Shown here: one piece after another, positions 46,651 through 56,432 of the stretch
Position numbering within the stretch: position 1 is the stretch's first letter
Layout: the number at the start of each line of letters is the position of its first letter
DNA from: Euryarchaeota archaeon UBA182
GTDB lineage: Archaea > Thermoplasmatota > Poseidoniia > Poseidoniales > Thalassarchaeaceae
Assembly (NCBI GenBank): GCA_002495675.1
Contig: DAGH01000023.1
Span: 1,184 to 65,183, forward strand
DNA length: 64,000 bases
Direction: 5' to 3'
Program-made: the position numbers and the translations under genes
Notes under the pieces: model-generated
Seen by the model: the letters and a program-made list of their open reading frames with translations, nothing else
The model's database searches: none
What the model was told of the DNA's origin: nothing

Positions 46651-47577
46651 CTAATCGGCACGACCCTCTTGGAATTTTTGTATTCTAGCAGGCAGGTTCA
46701 CACTGAAAGATATAGCTATGAGGCCAAACACCATAGCAGTACCCAGCGCAACCCCGTAAACACTTGTTAATTCGACGCTCTCACTGAGTCTATTTGATGA
46801 GACTTGATCGAAGATTCCAATTATCGCGGGGATTATTACATTGATCAAAAGCGTGATCAATGCTACGAAACCTGCGATCAACGGCGTGGTCCCGAGAGAT
46901 CTGTTGTATTTCTGGATAATTCTTTCTTGCCCCATCACATACACTTCACGAGTCCTGATTGAAGTGTCAAGCATAGAGAAGCGGATAACGCCCGACGAGA
47001 GCTCAATGTACATCACTAGGAAAAGAGCATAGAAAATCAACAACAATTTCTGTATGAATTCACTATCAACGTCCAAAGCCGCCATTGCAAATTCGACTTT
47101 GCTGCCAGCGAATCTTATGGTTATCAAAATCATGGCTACCTGGGACAACAATATCATTCGTTGATCCCTCTGGATTACCCCATAGGCTCCAATTACAACC
47201 CCCCCAATCAACAGGAGATAGTGAATGAGTCCACTGAAGAAAGGCACGCCAACAAGATTGGAGAGCCAGAACCACACCGTCCCCGATGAAGGTGTTATGA
47301 CGAAAGTAACCAAACCTAGGAGAATCAACGTTGTCACTGAAGCCATCTGGAGCCTAACAACGGTCTTATTGGGACTCAAGAATCTGACTGAGGGAACAAG
47401 AGGGCCACCGAAAAATGACTCCACCCAAGTTGGTATCTTAGTTTCTGGGATGGCATCTCTTGGTATGGATGTAGATTGTGTGACTCGACCAGCTGCTTTT
47501 TTTCTGCTGGGGGCAGACGACCTAACGCTTTTTCCATCGTATAGATGCGAGGTATCCGATCTAGATCCTTCTGACAT
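46651..47577 (-). CDS. Hypothetical multi-pass membrane protein
   Basis: About six hydrophobic helices; GAGGTGG SD; last gene of the DUF4350-moxR-DUF58 run. Confidence 0.7.
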   Translation of the reverse strand: MSEGSRSDTSHLYDGKSVRSSAPSRKKAAGRVTQSTSIPRDAIPETKIPTWVESFFGGPLVPSVRFLSPNKTVVRLQMASVTTLILLGLVTFVITPSSGTVWFWLSNLVGVPFFSGLIHYLLLIGGVVIGAYGVIQRDQRMILLSQVAMILITIRFAGSKVEFAMAALDVDSEFIQKLLLIFYALFLVMYIELSSGVIRFSMLDTSIRTREVYVMGQERIIQKYNRSLGTTPLIAGFVALITLLINVIIPAIIGIFDQVSSNRLSESVELTSVYGVALGTAMVFGLIAISFSVNLPARIQKFQEGRAD

Positions 47578-47586
47578 CTTTCCACC

Positions 47587-48882
47587 TCAGTATCCTCTAG
47601 CACCTGCCAGAGCTGTGACTAGTAGCATCTCTGGCTCCCAATCCATGATATTCGCCCCCAATCCCCTGATCTCTGTCATCAAAATATCCCTTTCTGTCTT
47701 AAGCAGCTCATATCCGACCGGGTCGAGCCTCCTCGCGTCAAACTCAAAATCTATACTGCTGGGGGAGAGTATTGTTACCATGAAATTCCTAGCACGGAGA
47801 TCTCTCACTGCGTCGATTATGGTCGGGTCGTCCTCCAGTGGACTCAAGATAATGATCGGACTGCCTCTATTTATGTGCGGCATCAACCTATTAGTCACTA
47901 CCCTCAGAGGCGTGTTACCCTTTGCAACTGCCCCGGCCAATTTAGTCAGTATCACGTAGAGCTGCTTTTTTCCAGTGTCCCTGTCCACCGAGACAATCTC
48001 GTCACCATAGGTCACGAGACCAACTGAGTCACGCCTAGCGAGGAAATGCTGGGCCAAACTCGCTGCCGCTCTCGTACTGTACACGAGTGAGTTTCGACTA
48101 ACAGGGCCTGTTTCACTTATTGAGCGACTGTCAACAATCAGTATAATGTCACTGACAGCATCTCTCTCGTATTCATTCACCATCATCTTGCCACCACTCC
48201 TCGCAGTCGCGTTCCAGTTTACTTTCTTCATGGGGTCCCCTGGTATGTATTCCCTAAGATTGTAGAAATTGGATCCTTCCCCGGGATTCCTTATGTTAAC
48301 AGCACCAGTGAAAATCTTTGGGACCTTGCTTTTTATCATAGCATCTTTGATGTCTTCCATCTTTGGGAAGACAAGGAAATCATCGTACAGCTGTATCTCA
48401 CGCTCATTATGAAAAAGGCCGAAAGTATCCTGTATCCTAACACATACTGGGCCAATGGTGTAGAATCCCCTTAGGGGGGCTTCAACGGTGTAGGATATCT
48501 CTGTCTCTCTTCTCCCTCCAAGTTCCATCAACACGTAGTTTGCCCCTTTTTTTATACGCATGACTTCGGGGACTCTGTCTCTGACTTCGATGATCTTCGC
48601 CATGGGAGTCCTATTTTGTATTCTAAGCACGACGTCAATTTCTCCGTCCTCGAAGACCCTTGAAGAGGACACTTTCCTAAGGGCCGAGATTCCTCCTAGT
48701 TGTATTCCCTCGTCTGATTCGTTATCCTCCAGCCTTCTACCAGATGATGCAACATCTGCGTGAGTAGTTCTGAATGCAGCATAGGTCAGGAATGATAGCA
48801 GAACAACTGCGACGGTGACAAGTTGTTGATTCCGCAGAACAAGCCCAAGCAGGTAGAGCCCAATAGCCAGGGATGCAAACAT
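47587..48882 (-). CDS. DUF58 domain protein (MoxR-associated, vWA-like)
   Basis: N-terminal TMs, RGFYTIGP...DTFGLF, LREYIPGDPMKKVNWNATAR, MMVNEYE, IVDSRS, DSVGL. Start may lie 8 codons upstream (CTG 48906). Confidence 0.9.
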   Translation of the reverse strand: MFASLAIGLYLLGLVLRNQQLVTVAVVLLSFLTYAAFRTTHADVASSGRRLEDNESDEGIQLGGISALRKVSSSRVFEDGEIDVVLRIQNRTPMAKIIEVRDRVPEVMRIKKGANYVLMELGGRRETEISYTVEAPLRGFYTIGPVCVRIQDTFGLFHNEREIQLYDDFLVFPKMEDIKDAMIKSKVPKIFTGAVNIRNPGEGSNFYNLREYIPGDPMKKVNWNATARSGGKMMVNEYERDAVSDIILIVDSRSISETGPVSRNSLVYSTRAAASLAQHFLARRDSVGLVTYGDEIVSVDRDTGKKQLYVILTKLAGAVAKGNTPLRVVTNRLMPHINRGSPIIILSPLEDDPTIIDAVRDLRARNFMVTILSPSSIDFEFDARRLDPVGYELLKTERDILMTEIRGLGANIMDWEPEMLLVTALAGARGY

Positions 48883-48938
48883 CGCTGACTTTCTGCTCCA
48901 CGCCAGTGTAATCCCCCCTATTTTAGTCTAGTAAAATA

Positions 48939-50000
48939 TCAAACAGTTGGGACGGGAACCTGGTTCAGTATATCACGAACAACTTCTTCAGTCTCGAGCC
49001 CCTTGATCTGATGCTCCGGCTTCAAAATGAGCCTATGGGATACAGCAAGCGTCGCGACTGATTTAACATCATCAGGTGTGACGAAATCTCGGCCTCGCAT
49101 TGCAGCAGCAGCACGAGAAGTCTTGAGCAATGCTTGGGATCCACGCGGTGAGGATCCGACCAAGACACGAGGATCCTCTCGTGTCCTCGACACTACCTCG
49201 ACCATATACATCCTAACTGCAGGATCAACGTACACGTCCTCTATCGCTTCTTGCATGGCAACGACTCGCGATGGGTCGGTAATAACATCAACATCGACAT
49301 CGTCTTTCTTTCGTTCTATTCGCCTTGCAAGAATCTCGTCTTCGTCCCCCCTGTCGGGATATCCAACGCTCATCTTGAACATGAATCTGTCTAACTGGGC
49401 CTCTGGTAGAGGGTACGTACCTTCTTGTTCGACCGGATTCTGTGTGGCCATTGTTAGGAAAGGCGCGGGTAGTTTGTGGGTCACAGTACCGATGGTAACC
49501 TGCTTTTCTTGCATGGCTTCCAACAAAGCGGCTTGAGTCTTTGGAGGTGCCCGGTTGATCTCGTCTGACAAGAGCAGGTTGCAAAAGATCGGTCCGGGCT
49601 TAAACGTGAACTCACCCTTCTTGGCGTCATAGATGTTAGTCCCCGTGATGTCAGCGGGCAGGAGGTCAGGAGTAAATTGGACTCTCTTGAAATCGCAGCC
49701 GAGCGCGTCAGCGAAAGTATTCGTCATCAGGGTCTTAGCTAGACCAGGATAATCCTCGAAAAGTAAGTTTCCGTTAGATAGAATGTTGATTAGAACATTG
49801 TCGATTACGTGCGACTTTCCGATAATTACCTTTTGAACCTCGCCGGAGATGGCCTTAGCAATGGCACTAACTGCCGTGAGGCGATCACTTACTTTCTCCC
49901 CTCCTCGTGCTTCTGCTGCCTTTTTGGCATAGCCCTCTTCGATTTTATCTGCATTCTTCCCTTTGTTTTTTGTACTGGCTGGCGGTGGTGTATCTGACAT
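48939..50000 (-). CDS. moxR: MoxR family AAA+ ATPase
   Basis: EDYPGLAKT, RVQFTPDLLPADITG, DEINRAPPKTQAALLEAMQE, ATQNPVEQEGTYPLPEAQLDRF, SPRG. Start ATG 50000. Confidence 0.95.
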   Translation of the reverse strand: MSDTPPPASTKNKGKNADKIEEGYAKKAAEARGGEKVSDRLTAVSAIAKAISGEVQKVIIGKSHVIDNVLINILSNGNLLFEDYPGLAKTLMTNTFADALGCDFKRVQFTPDLLPADITGTNIYDAKKGEFTFKPGPIFCNLLLSDEINRAPPKTQAALLEAMQEKQVTIGTVTHKLPAPFLTMATQNPVEQEGTYPLPEAQLDRFMFKMSVGYPDRGDEDEILARRIERKKDDVDVDVITDPSRVVAMQEAIEDVYVDPAVRMYMVEVVSRTREDPRVLVGSSPRGSQALLKTSRAAAAMRGRDFVTPDDVKSVATLAVSHRLILKPEHQIKGLETEEVVRDILNQVPVPTV

Positions 50001-50019
50001 ATAATTCACTCCTGTATCT

Positions 50020-51642
50020 TCAGTTTGGCTTACCCCATTTACGTATAGCGACCATCAACTGTCGCAATTCTTGGGACTGGTAAACACGAGATTGGCTGTA
50101 TGCCAACTCTACAAGTTTGGGATCATTGATCATGTCTTGCACTTCAGATGGAGGCTTAAGTGCAAGTTGATCCCTTGTCAAATCATAATGAACTCTAACT
50201 TTCGTGAACAACGCCTGCTGAACCCTCTCCCTGTATGTTGAGGGATCTAATTTTCCAGGCCTTTCTTTGAATCTAGTAAGGTCGAAGACATGTCTCCAGT
50301 TCTCTTTCTGCGGGACAACCATCATTGAAACTAGCAACAACAATCCCACGTTCAAGACCACAAGCCACTTCAGGAAGGGGTTTGAGGTTAGTAAAACCAC
50401 GGTACCCATCGTTTCTACGAAGGGCGCCGACAACCTACCAGTGGAGTGTCTGCTTTCATCAAAGACGATTTGGTACTGAGACTTGTCATCCCTGAAGGTC
50501 GAGGATAATTCTGGATTCCTATGCTCCATCATATCAAAAATTAGGGCGGAGAAATATACAGAATTCCCATTCCATTGTCCTTCGGGGAGAACATCCAACC
50601 AACATGAATTTACTGTATCGCAGTTGGATCTTATTCCTTGGGTCTGGGCTTGTTGGAGATCCCACAGCATGTTTGAGAAGGCTTCATCGTCAGCAACAAA
50701 AGTGATGCTCCCGGTAACATCTACTTCAGCGACCTCAGTGGTACCGACAAAACCACCCTGACTTTCCTGTGGTTTATCAAAAGCTTTCACAGGATAATCC
50801 GCTCGAATGACCAGTGCTAGGTCTCCTGGTGCAGGATTTCTGTAATCTCCTGCATCCAGTGTCCCGGCCACATCAATGAAAGCACCTGAAGAGGCTCTGG
50901 CCAATATCTTTACACTCCTGTGATCAGGGTTGGTTTCGTCCATCTCGGTTGGTTCAAATTTCATGCCAGTCGGCGATCTAAACATAACAGGAAGTCTGCA
51001 ATTCGTCATCAAGTTGTTCCTTATTTGGTCGTCTGTGCAAACTTGGCTCAAGTAGGCGGGTTGCATAAATTCGACGTCTTGATTTACTGAAGCAGCGGAC
51101 CATACGTTTCTCCATGATGGAGAATAAGGCTCACCATCATCGTTGTAGATGAGGAAATGTTGGTTCTCATCATGCAGAGGGTCATCGAAAAAAGTCACAC
51201 CAAACAATGAGGCCAACTCGTTTGCATTAGAGTTCTCAGCAGCTACAATCACCTTTCCACCAGACTCTGTAACGAAGTTGTGGATGGCCCGCGCTTCGGT
51301 TTGATCGATTGGTTTTTCGGGTCCTACTATGACCAGCATGCTCCTGTGTGGATCCCTCCAATCGTTGACAAGCATAGGCGTCGAAATGGTATTTGCAACG
51401 TCATAACCCAAGGAAATGTCTCCGTTGCCTCTATCCAGATTTTCCATGAGCGTGGACCTCATGGTCGATAGTTGGGCGAATTTCTCTTCGTCAGTGTCTC
51501 CTCCTTCCACGTACGCAGAATAATAGGTTTCGTTTGATAGAACGAAGAACATTGGAAGAACTAACAATAGAACGGCGGTGACTGCGAGTGACCAAACCAC
51601 GATTCTGTTGAACCGCTCTGCATCGCTGTCTGTTTTTGCCAT
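50020..51642 (-). CDS. DUF4350-like membrane protein (two TMs flanking a large extracytoplasmic domain)
   Basis: MLVIVGPEKP...IHNFVTESGGKVIVA, GSITFVAD...FSN, IVFDESRH patterns; upstream of moxR. Start ATG 51642. Confidence 0.7.
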   Translation of the reverse strand: MAKTDSDAERFNRIVVWSLAVTAVLLLVLPMFFVLSNETYYSAYVEGGDTDEEKFAQLSTMRSTLMENLDRGNGDISLGYDVANTISTPMLVNDWRDPHRSMLVIVGPEKPIDQTEARAIHNFVTESGGKVIVAAENSNANELASLFGVTFFDDPLHDENQHFLIYNDDGEPYSPSWRNVWSAASVNQDVEFMQPAYLSQVCTDDQIRNNLMTNCRLPVMFRSPTGMKFEPTEMDETNPDHRSVKILARASSGAFIDVAGTLDAGDYRNPAPGDLALVIRADYPVKAFDKPQESQGGFVGTTEVAEVDVTGSITFVADDEAFSNMLWDLQQAQTQGIRSNCDTVNSCWLDVLPEGQWNGNSVYFSALIFDMMEHRNPELSSTFRDDKSQYQIVFDESRHSTGRLSAPFVETMGTVVLLTSNPFLKWLVVLNVGLLLLVSMMVVPQKENWRHVFDLTRFKERPGKLDPSTYRERVQQALFTKVRVHYDLTRDQLALKPPSEVQDMINDPKLVELAYSQSRVYQSQELRQLMVAIRKWGKPN

Positions 51643-51756
51643 TGTGATCGCCCACGCTGGCCCCCCAGGGAGGCCGACAAGGCTTTGCGGCATTCGTGAG
51701 ATGTTATAGGTTGCTGAAAGACGATCTTGATTGCTGCGAGGAATTTTGAATAGATT

Positions 51757-52749
51757 TCACAACTTCCTTCGCATAAATGCTGCAATGAATAAAGACGCGC
51801 CTGTGCCGACCACCCCGATGTGGGGAAGTCCCGTGGTCACGACCTCCACCGTCCCTGAGCCGTCATCGACCGGTTCCTTGCCCCCACTTTCTCCGGTGGC
51901 GGCCTGTACCTCTATTCGGGTAGAATCAGTTGATGTTTGGCTGCCATCAGAACCTTGGGAAACAATTTGAATATCCACGTCGCAGGATCTTGAGGGATGG
52001 CTCAGAGCTGCCTCAAATACCAGGTTTGCAGAAATAGTAGCCCCCGGCGCGACCTCCTTGTTGGTTATCTCAGAGGTCTGAGTCCCGACCGTTATCAATG
52101 TGCAATCCACAGAGACATCGGTTTCGGAAACCCTATCCGCGATGTTCCCATTATTTTGGACAAAAACTCTGAGAATCGTGTCTGCCCCCGCATTCATCGG
52201 CCCAGCAGGGTCGTCTATACGAACCTCCAAGTTGAAAACTTCCGGTATAACCATCTGAACATCGTCCGAAGCAGTATCCCCTGGAAGGGCAATGGGGACT
52301 CCCTGTCTTGCGATAACAGTCCCAGTCACCTCGAACAGCTCATTGGCGTTGGCAGCGTAATTCAGCACATCAACATCGCTTATGACACCATAGACAGTGG
52401 TATTTTCTCCTGCCGTCACAGTGACGTCTCCCGGGCAGGATACCTGAGCATCAAATGGAGATGTACAATCCAATGAGACCGTTATGCTGGTGATGCCGTT
52501 GTTTTCGACCAAAATCGGAATAGAGGCGCCGCCTTTATCGGAAAGTGTGATCTCCTGTACTTCCCCGTTTTCGTCGGAAATTGAAACAGACCAGGCTCCA
52601 GGGCCGTCCTGTCCCACCACGGAATTCGAGGCAGAGAGTGCTAGAATGGCAGCAGCAACTAGCCAGACGTAACTCTTTTTGAGGTCTCTTCCATCGCTCT
52701 TCTGGCCAATACAGAAGCCATTTTCTTTCGATACGCTGGAGGGAACCAC
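51757..52749 (-). CDS. Secreted/surface protein with Ig-like (CARDB/NEW3-like) domains and C-terminal anchor
   Basis: Signal peptide KKSYVWLVAAAILALSA; beta-rich VENNG / VQNNGNIAD domains; C-terminal GLPHIGVVGTGASLFIAAFMRRKL. Start ambiguous (nearest in-frame GTG 52749). Confidence 0.7.
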   Translation of the reverse strand: MVPSSVSKENGFCIGQKSDGRDLKKSYVWLVAAAILALSASNSVVGQDGPGAWSVSISDENGEVQEITLSDKGGASIPILVENNGITSITVSLDCTSPFDAQVSCPGDVTVTAGENTTVYGVISDVDVLNYAANANELFEVTGTVIARQGVPIALPGDTASDDVQMVIPEVFNLEVRIDDPAGPMNAGADTILRVFVQNNGNIADRVSETDVSVDCTLITVGTQTSEITNKEVAPGATISANLVFEAALSHPSRSCDVDIQIVSQGSDGSQTSTDSTRIEVQAATGESGGKEPVDDGSGTVEVVTTGLPHIGVVGTGASLFIAAFMRRKL

Positions 52750-53654
52750 GTGTTCAGTACGGGTCGCACCGCTCTCTTGAGTTCTGCCCCCAGTCGCTCT
52801 GCTTCGAGGGCCCAATTAGGACCTTTGTCGAGGGATTCGATCAATTCTTTGTGCTTTCTAGGGATGCTCTCGAATCCCGTGCTAGCCATGTTGATTGTTG
52901 ATACGCTCCCATCAGCTGAAACCCCCACCGAGAAGGCAACCCCTCCTTCGGGAAAATCCCACGCCTCCCGCAGTCGAAGTTTCTGGTACGAGCCGATAAA
53001 GTCGGCGGAATTCTCCGGAAGTTGGATGTGTGTCACTATTTCGCCGGTCTCCAAGACGTTCCTCGTTATGCCATCCTCTTGAAAGAAATCTTCTAGTGGC
53101 ATGCTTCGAGTGCCTCTGTGAGATGCCAGATGGATTTGGGCATCCAAGCACATCAAGGCTGGAGCAAGGTCGCCCTGATAGGTTGCGACGCATAGCTCAT
53201 TCTGATTTGGAATCACCCTGCAATCAGCACCTGTGCCCTCATCGCACTTGTGGCAGTAATCAATGGATTTTCTCCAAGTTTCAGATTGGTTAAGCCAGAA
53301 ACACCTGGTGTCCAAGCACAGGTTCCCTCCAAGTGTGCCAGATCTTCGAATCATCACGCTTGCGATTGTCCCCGCTGCTTCGACAATCAACGGATGAGCG
53401 ACGGATGACTCCACAATGTCCTGTAGCCTAACCATGGCCCCAATCCTTGTCGTCGATATGCCTTCGAGTTCACTTACTCCGGACATTGAAATGACGTGAG
53501 ACTTGGGATTAATTCCCCATTTGTAGTTGGGAATCAAATCCGTGCCTCCCGATATCCAATCAAAATCATGTCCGCCTTCATGCAAATCCTTGGCAATTTC
53601 AAGGGCATGATCAAGTGTTTTTGGCATATGGACTTCAAACGCAGGCGTTTTCAT
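52659..53654 (-). CDS. Xanthine-oxidase-family FAD subunit with [4Fe-4S] insertion (4-hydroxybenzoyl-CoA reductase beta, HcrB-like)
   Basis: SGGTDL and TLGGNL FAD motifs; insertion LCLDTRCFWLNQSETWRKSIDYCHKC...DC...LCVATYQGDLAPAL closely follows the HcrB pattern. Confidence 0.85.
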   Translation of the reverse strand: MKTPAFEVHMPKTLDHALEIAKDLHEGGHDFDWISGGTDLIPNYKWGINPKSHVISMSGVSELEGISTTRIGAMVRLQDIVESSVAHPLIVEAAGTIASVMIRRSGTLGGNLCLDTRCFWLNQSETWRKSIDYCHKCDEGTGADCRVIPNQNELCVATYQGDLAPALMCLDAQIHLASHRGTRSMPLEDFFQEDGITRNVLETGEIVTHIQLPENSADFIGSYQKLRLREAWDFPEGGVAFSVGVSADGSVSTINMASTGFESIPRKHKELIESLDKGPNWALEAERLGAELKRAVRPVLNTWFPPAYRKKMASVLARRAMEETSKRVTSG

Positions 53655-56428
53655 TCAGCTCCCTCCATGTGTCTTCGTTCTTTGTGCAGCCAAGCGCTGC
53701 CGGCGAGTTTGGGATTTTCTAGATATTCTTGATCCGGAAGGACTTGAACAGTCCAATTCGGATCATTTTCCTCTGGGGGGCCTGTGGCATGCCGATTGAA
53801 TAATTGCCCGTTGTAATAGGCATCTGGATTCGGATCCAACCGCCTTTCTCTGTCTCGTTTTGCGTGATCCTTTGCCCTACGAATTAGTTTATCAGATAGA
53901 GACGTTAGTTCCAGAGAGGGGTTAGGAAGATCCCTGGGATCTTTGATGCCCCGTTGTCTACAGGCTTTCTCTATGGATCTGTACAATCTGTCAGGGGTCA
54001 GGGGCAACTCATTGTTCCTCACTCCAATGGCGTCATAGACTGCATTGCAAACTGCTGGGAGTATGGGAAGAAGGGGGCCCTCTCCAGCCTCCTTGGCACC
54101 AAAAGGCCCCTCTGGATCATTCGACTCGACGATGATGGGGACAACCTCCGGCATTTCATGAACCGTCGGAATCTTGTACCCTAATAGGTCTGGATTGAGG
54201 AGATTGCCAGTCCTTCCATATTGCATTTCTTCAGATATGACCTGTCCCAAACCCATGTGGCAAGATCCAATAATCTGTCCTTCAACTGAAAGTGGATTCA
54301 GTGCCTTGCCGCAGTCATGCGCAGCCCAGACTTTCTCAACCTTGATCCGCCCTGTCTCTATGTCGACATCTACCTCTGCCACATAAGCGGAGAATGAATA
54401 TGCAGGAGCCAGTCCGGCCGCTGCTCCCTTGTGCATCTTCCCCATGGGCGGGGTTCTGTACGACCCGGAGGCGACCAAAGCGCCCTTGTCCTCTTGTGCC
54501 TTGTGAAGCGCTTGGAGGTAAGATACGCCGACAGCGGGGTCCTTCTTGTTGAATATCCTCCTGTCACCTAACACCAAACCAGAGGTTTCCACTCCCGTGA
54601 TTAATGAGGCAGCTTCTATCAATTCAGATCGGATCTCCATTGCCGCGGAAACTGCAGCATTCGCATTCATGAATGTGACTCTGCTGGAGTATGAGCCGAG
54701 GTCCACTGGAGATGTATCCGACTCCTTTGATCTGATCCTAATCATGTCCATGGGAAGACCCAATACTTCAGCGACCGCTTGACCGACTACCGTGTCGGAT
54801 CCTTGTCCGATATCTGCGGCACCGGTATGAATCGTCACTCCTCCGTCCATGTCTATCTTCAGATGTACAGTGGCATGAGGAAACTTGTTGGGATCCCAGT
54901 GTATGGGCAGACCACTTCCGGATATGAAGAATCCACATCCGACACCTATGCCTTTCCCGAGAGGCATCCTTCTGAATTTTTTATCCCACCCTGACTCTTT
55001 TCGGACCCTCTCCAGGCATTCTCTCATTCCGATCGAAGTCACCCTGAAGCCGGTTATTGTCGCAGAATGAGGGGGAAGCAGATTAGCCAGCCTCAGGTCT
55101 ATCGGGTCCACGCCCAACTCTTCCGAAATGTGGTCGATTCCAACTTCGACAGCACACCTAGAGTTCACTGCACCGTGCCCCCTCATGGCCCCACTGGCGG
55201 GCTTATTTGTCCAGACCCTCGCTCCAGTGTAGTGGAATGCTCCAATCTCGTAAGGTGCCGTGTGCAAAACCCCGTTGTAGTAGGTAGTGACATGCCCGAA
55301 CGAGGCAAATCCGCCCCCGTCAATCAAAGCATCAGTTTGAATCCCACTGAATCTCCCCTCCTTGTCGGCATGAATAGCCATCGAGATCCTTGATGGGTGG
55401 CGCCCTCTGTTCGTCCAGAACACCTCCTCTCTGTCAAAGGTGATTCTAACTGGCCTACCGCTTTTTCTTGCAAGAATTGCCGCGCACATCTCGTGGGGAA
55501 ACGGATCCGACTTGCCGCCAAAGCCTCCCCCGACATACGTTCTGTGGACATTTATCTGGTGCATTGGAATGTCCAAGACATCTGCTAAGGCCCTGTGAAC
55601 GTAATGAGGTACTTGTTGTGGGGTGTAGAGGGTTAGTCGACCTCGAGGATCCCAATGAGCGACAACTGCATGCGGCTCGGTAAATCCATGGTTTACCCCC
55701 TTGAAAGTCCACTCATTATCATAAGATGCAATTGAGTTCTTGATGTCTGATATCCTTCCAAATCTTTGGAACACTCTTTTCTGGACATTTGACTCACCTA
55801 TGTGGTACCTTCCCCTGTCATGAATAGGGTCTGGTGAATCTTTGAGCCCGTCCCTCATGTCGAAAATAGGCTCTAGATCTTGGTATTCTATCCGAACTGC
55901 AGCGGCCGCTAGCCTTGCAGTTTCTTCGTCTTCAGCTGCGACACAAGCCACAATATCACCAATGTGCCTGACCTTCTCTAGAGCCATTGCATGCTCATCC
56001 TTAGTGACGGGGAGAACTCCGAAGGCTGATGGCGCGTCGATGCCGGTAGCGGTCGCCAAGACACCCGGAATGGATTCGACATCAGTCATGTCAATAGATA
56101 GTACTTTTGCGTAATGACGGTCGCTTCGTACAAGGCGACCAATTATCTCTCCGGGCAGTCTGACATCGTCACCATACACAGCCTGTCCGGTTACCTTCCA
56201 TCTGCTATCGATCAATGGCGTTCTTTTTCCTATGATCCTACCAGTGACTAAGTTATCATGGCGATGGGGGCCCCATGGTTGGCCCATTTTCCCGCCTTGG
56301 CTCTGAGGAATCATTTCGAGATCCCTTTTTTCCGATTTGGGCGAGGAGCCGCCTGATCCCGGCCTGGTAAAGTCAAGCTTGCCAGGCTGTTGGCGATACC
56401 CGACAATCTCCTTCTTGTCCTCCGGCAT
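53651..56428 (-). CDS. Xanthine-oxidase-family molybdopterin-binding subunit (HcrA-like)
   Basis: GKRTPLIDSRWKVTG, FGVLP, QVPHYVH, GGGFGGK, GAMRGHG, PHATVHLKIDMDGG...GAADIGQGS, GSYSSRVTFM, DPEGPFGAKEAGEG. Start set at ATG 56428, after the small-subunit stop. Confidence 0.9.
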   Translation of the reverse strand: MPEDKKEIVGYRQQPGKLDFTRPGSGGSSPKSEKRDLEMIPQSQGGKMGQPWGPHRHDNLVTGRIIGKRTPLIDSRWKVTGQAVYGDDVRLPGEIIGRLVRSDRHYAKVLSIDMTDVESIPGVLATATGIDAPSAFGVLPVTKDEHAMALEKVRHIGDIVACVAAEDEETARLAAAAVRIEYQDLEPIFDMRDGLKDSPDPIHDRGRYHIGESNVQKRVFQRFGRISDIKNSIASYDNEWTFKGVNHGFTEPHAVVAHWDPRGRLTLYTPQQVPHYVHRALADVLDIPMHQINVHRTYVGGGFGGKSDPFPHEMCAAILARKSGRPVRITFDREEVFWTNRGRHPSRISMAIHADKEGRFSGIQTDALIDGGGFASFGHVTTYYNGVLHTAPYEIGAFHYTGARVWTNKPASGAMRGHGAVNSRCAVEVGIDHISEELGVDPIDLRLANLLPPHSATITGFRVTSIGMRECLERVRKESGWDKKFRRMPLGKGIGVGCGFFISGSGLPIHWDPNKFPHATVHLKIDMDGGVTIHTGAADIGQGSDTVVGQAVAEVLGLPMDMIRIRSKESDTSPVDLGSYSSRVTFMNANAAVSAAMEIRSELIEAASLITGVETSGLVLGDRRIFNKKDPAVGVSYLQALHKAQEDKGALVASGSYRTPPMGKMHKGAAAGLAPAYSFSAYVAEVDVDIETGRIKVEKVWAAHDCGKALNPLSVEGQIIGSCHMGLGQVISEEMQYGRTGNLLNPDLLGYKIPTVHEMPEVVPIIVESNDPEGPFGAKEAGEGPLLPILPAVCNAVYDAIGVRNNELPLTPDRLYRSIEKACRQRGIKDPRDLPNPSLELTSLSDKLIRRAKDHAKRDRERRLDPNPDAYYNGQLFNRHATGPPEENDPNWTVQVLPDQEYLENPKLAGSAWLHKERRHMEGAE

Positions 56429-56432
56429 CAGC

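Noticed and set aside
53651..56428. Aerobic CO dehydrogenase (coxSLM) or plain xanthine dehydrogenase annotation
   Set aside because: Lacks AYxCSFR (form I) and AYRGAGR (form II); has GAMRGHG and a [4Fe-4S]-type insert in the FAD subunit.
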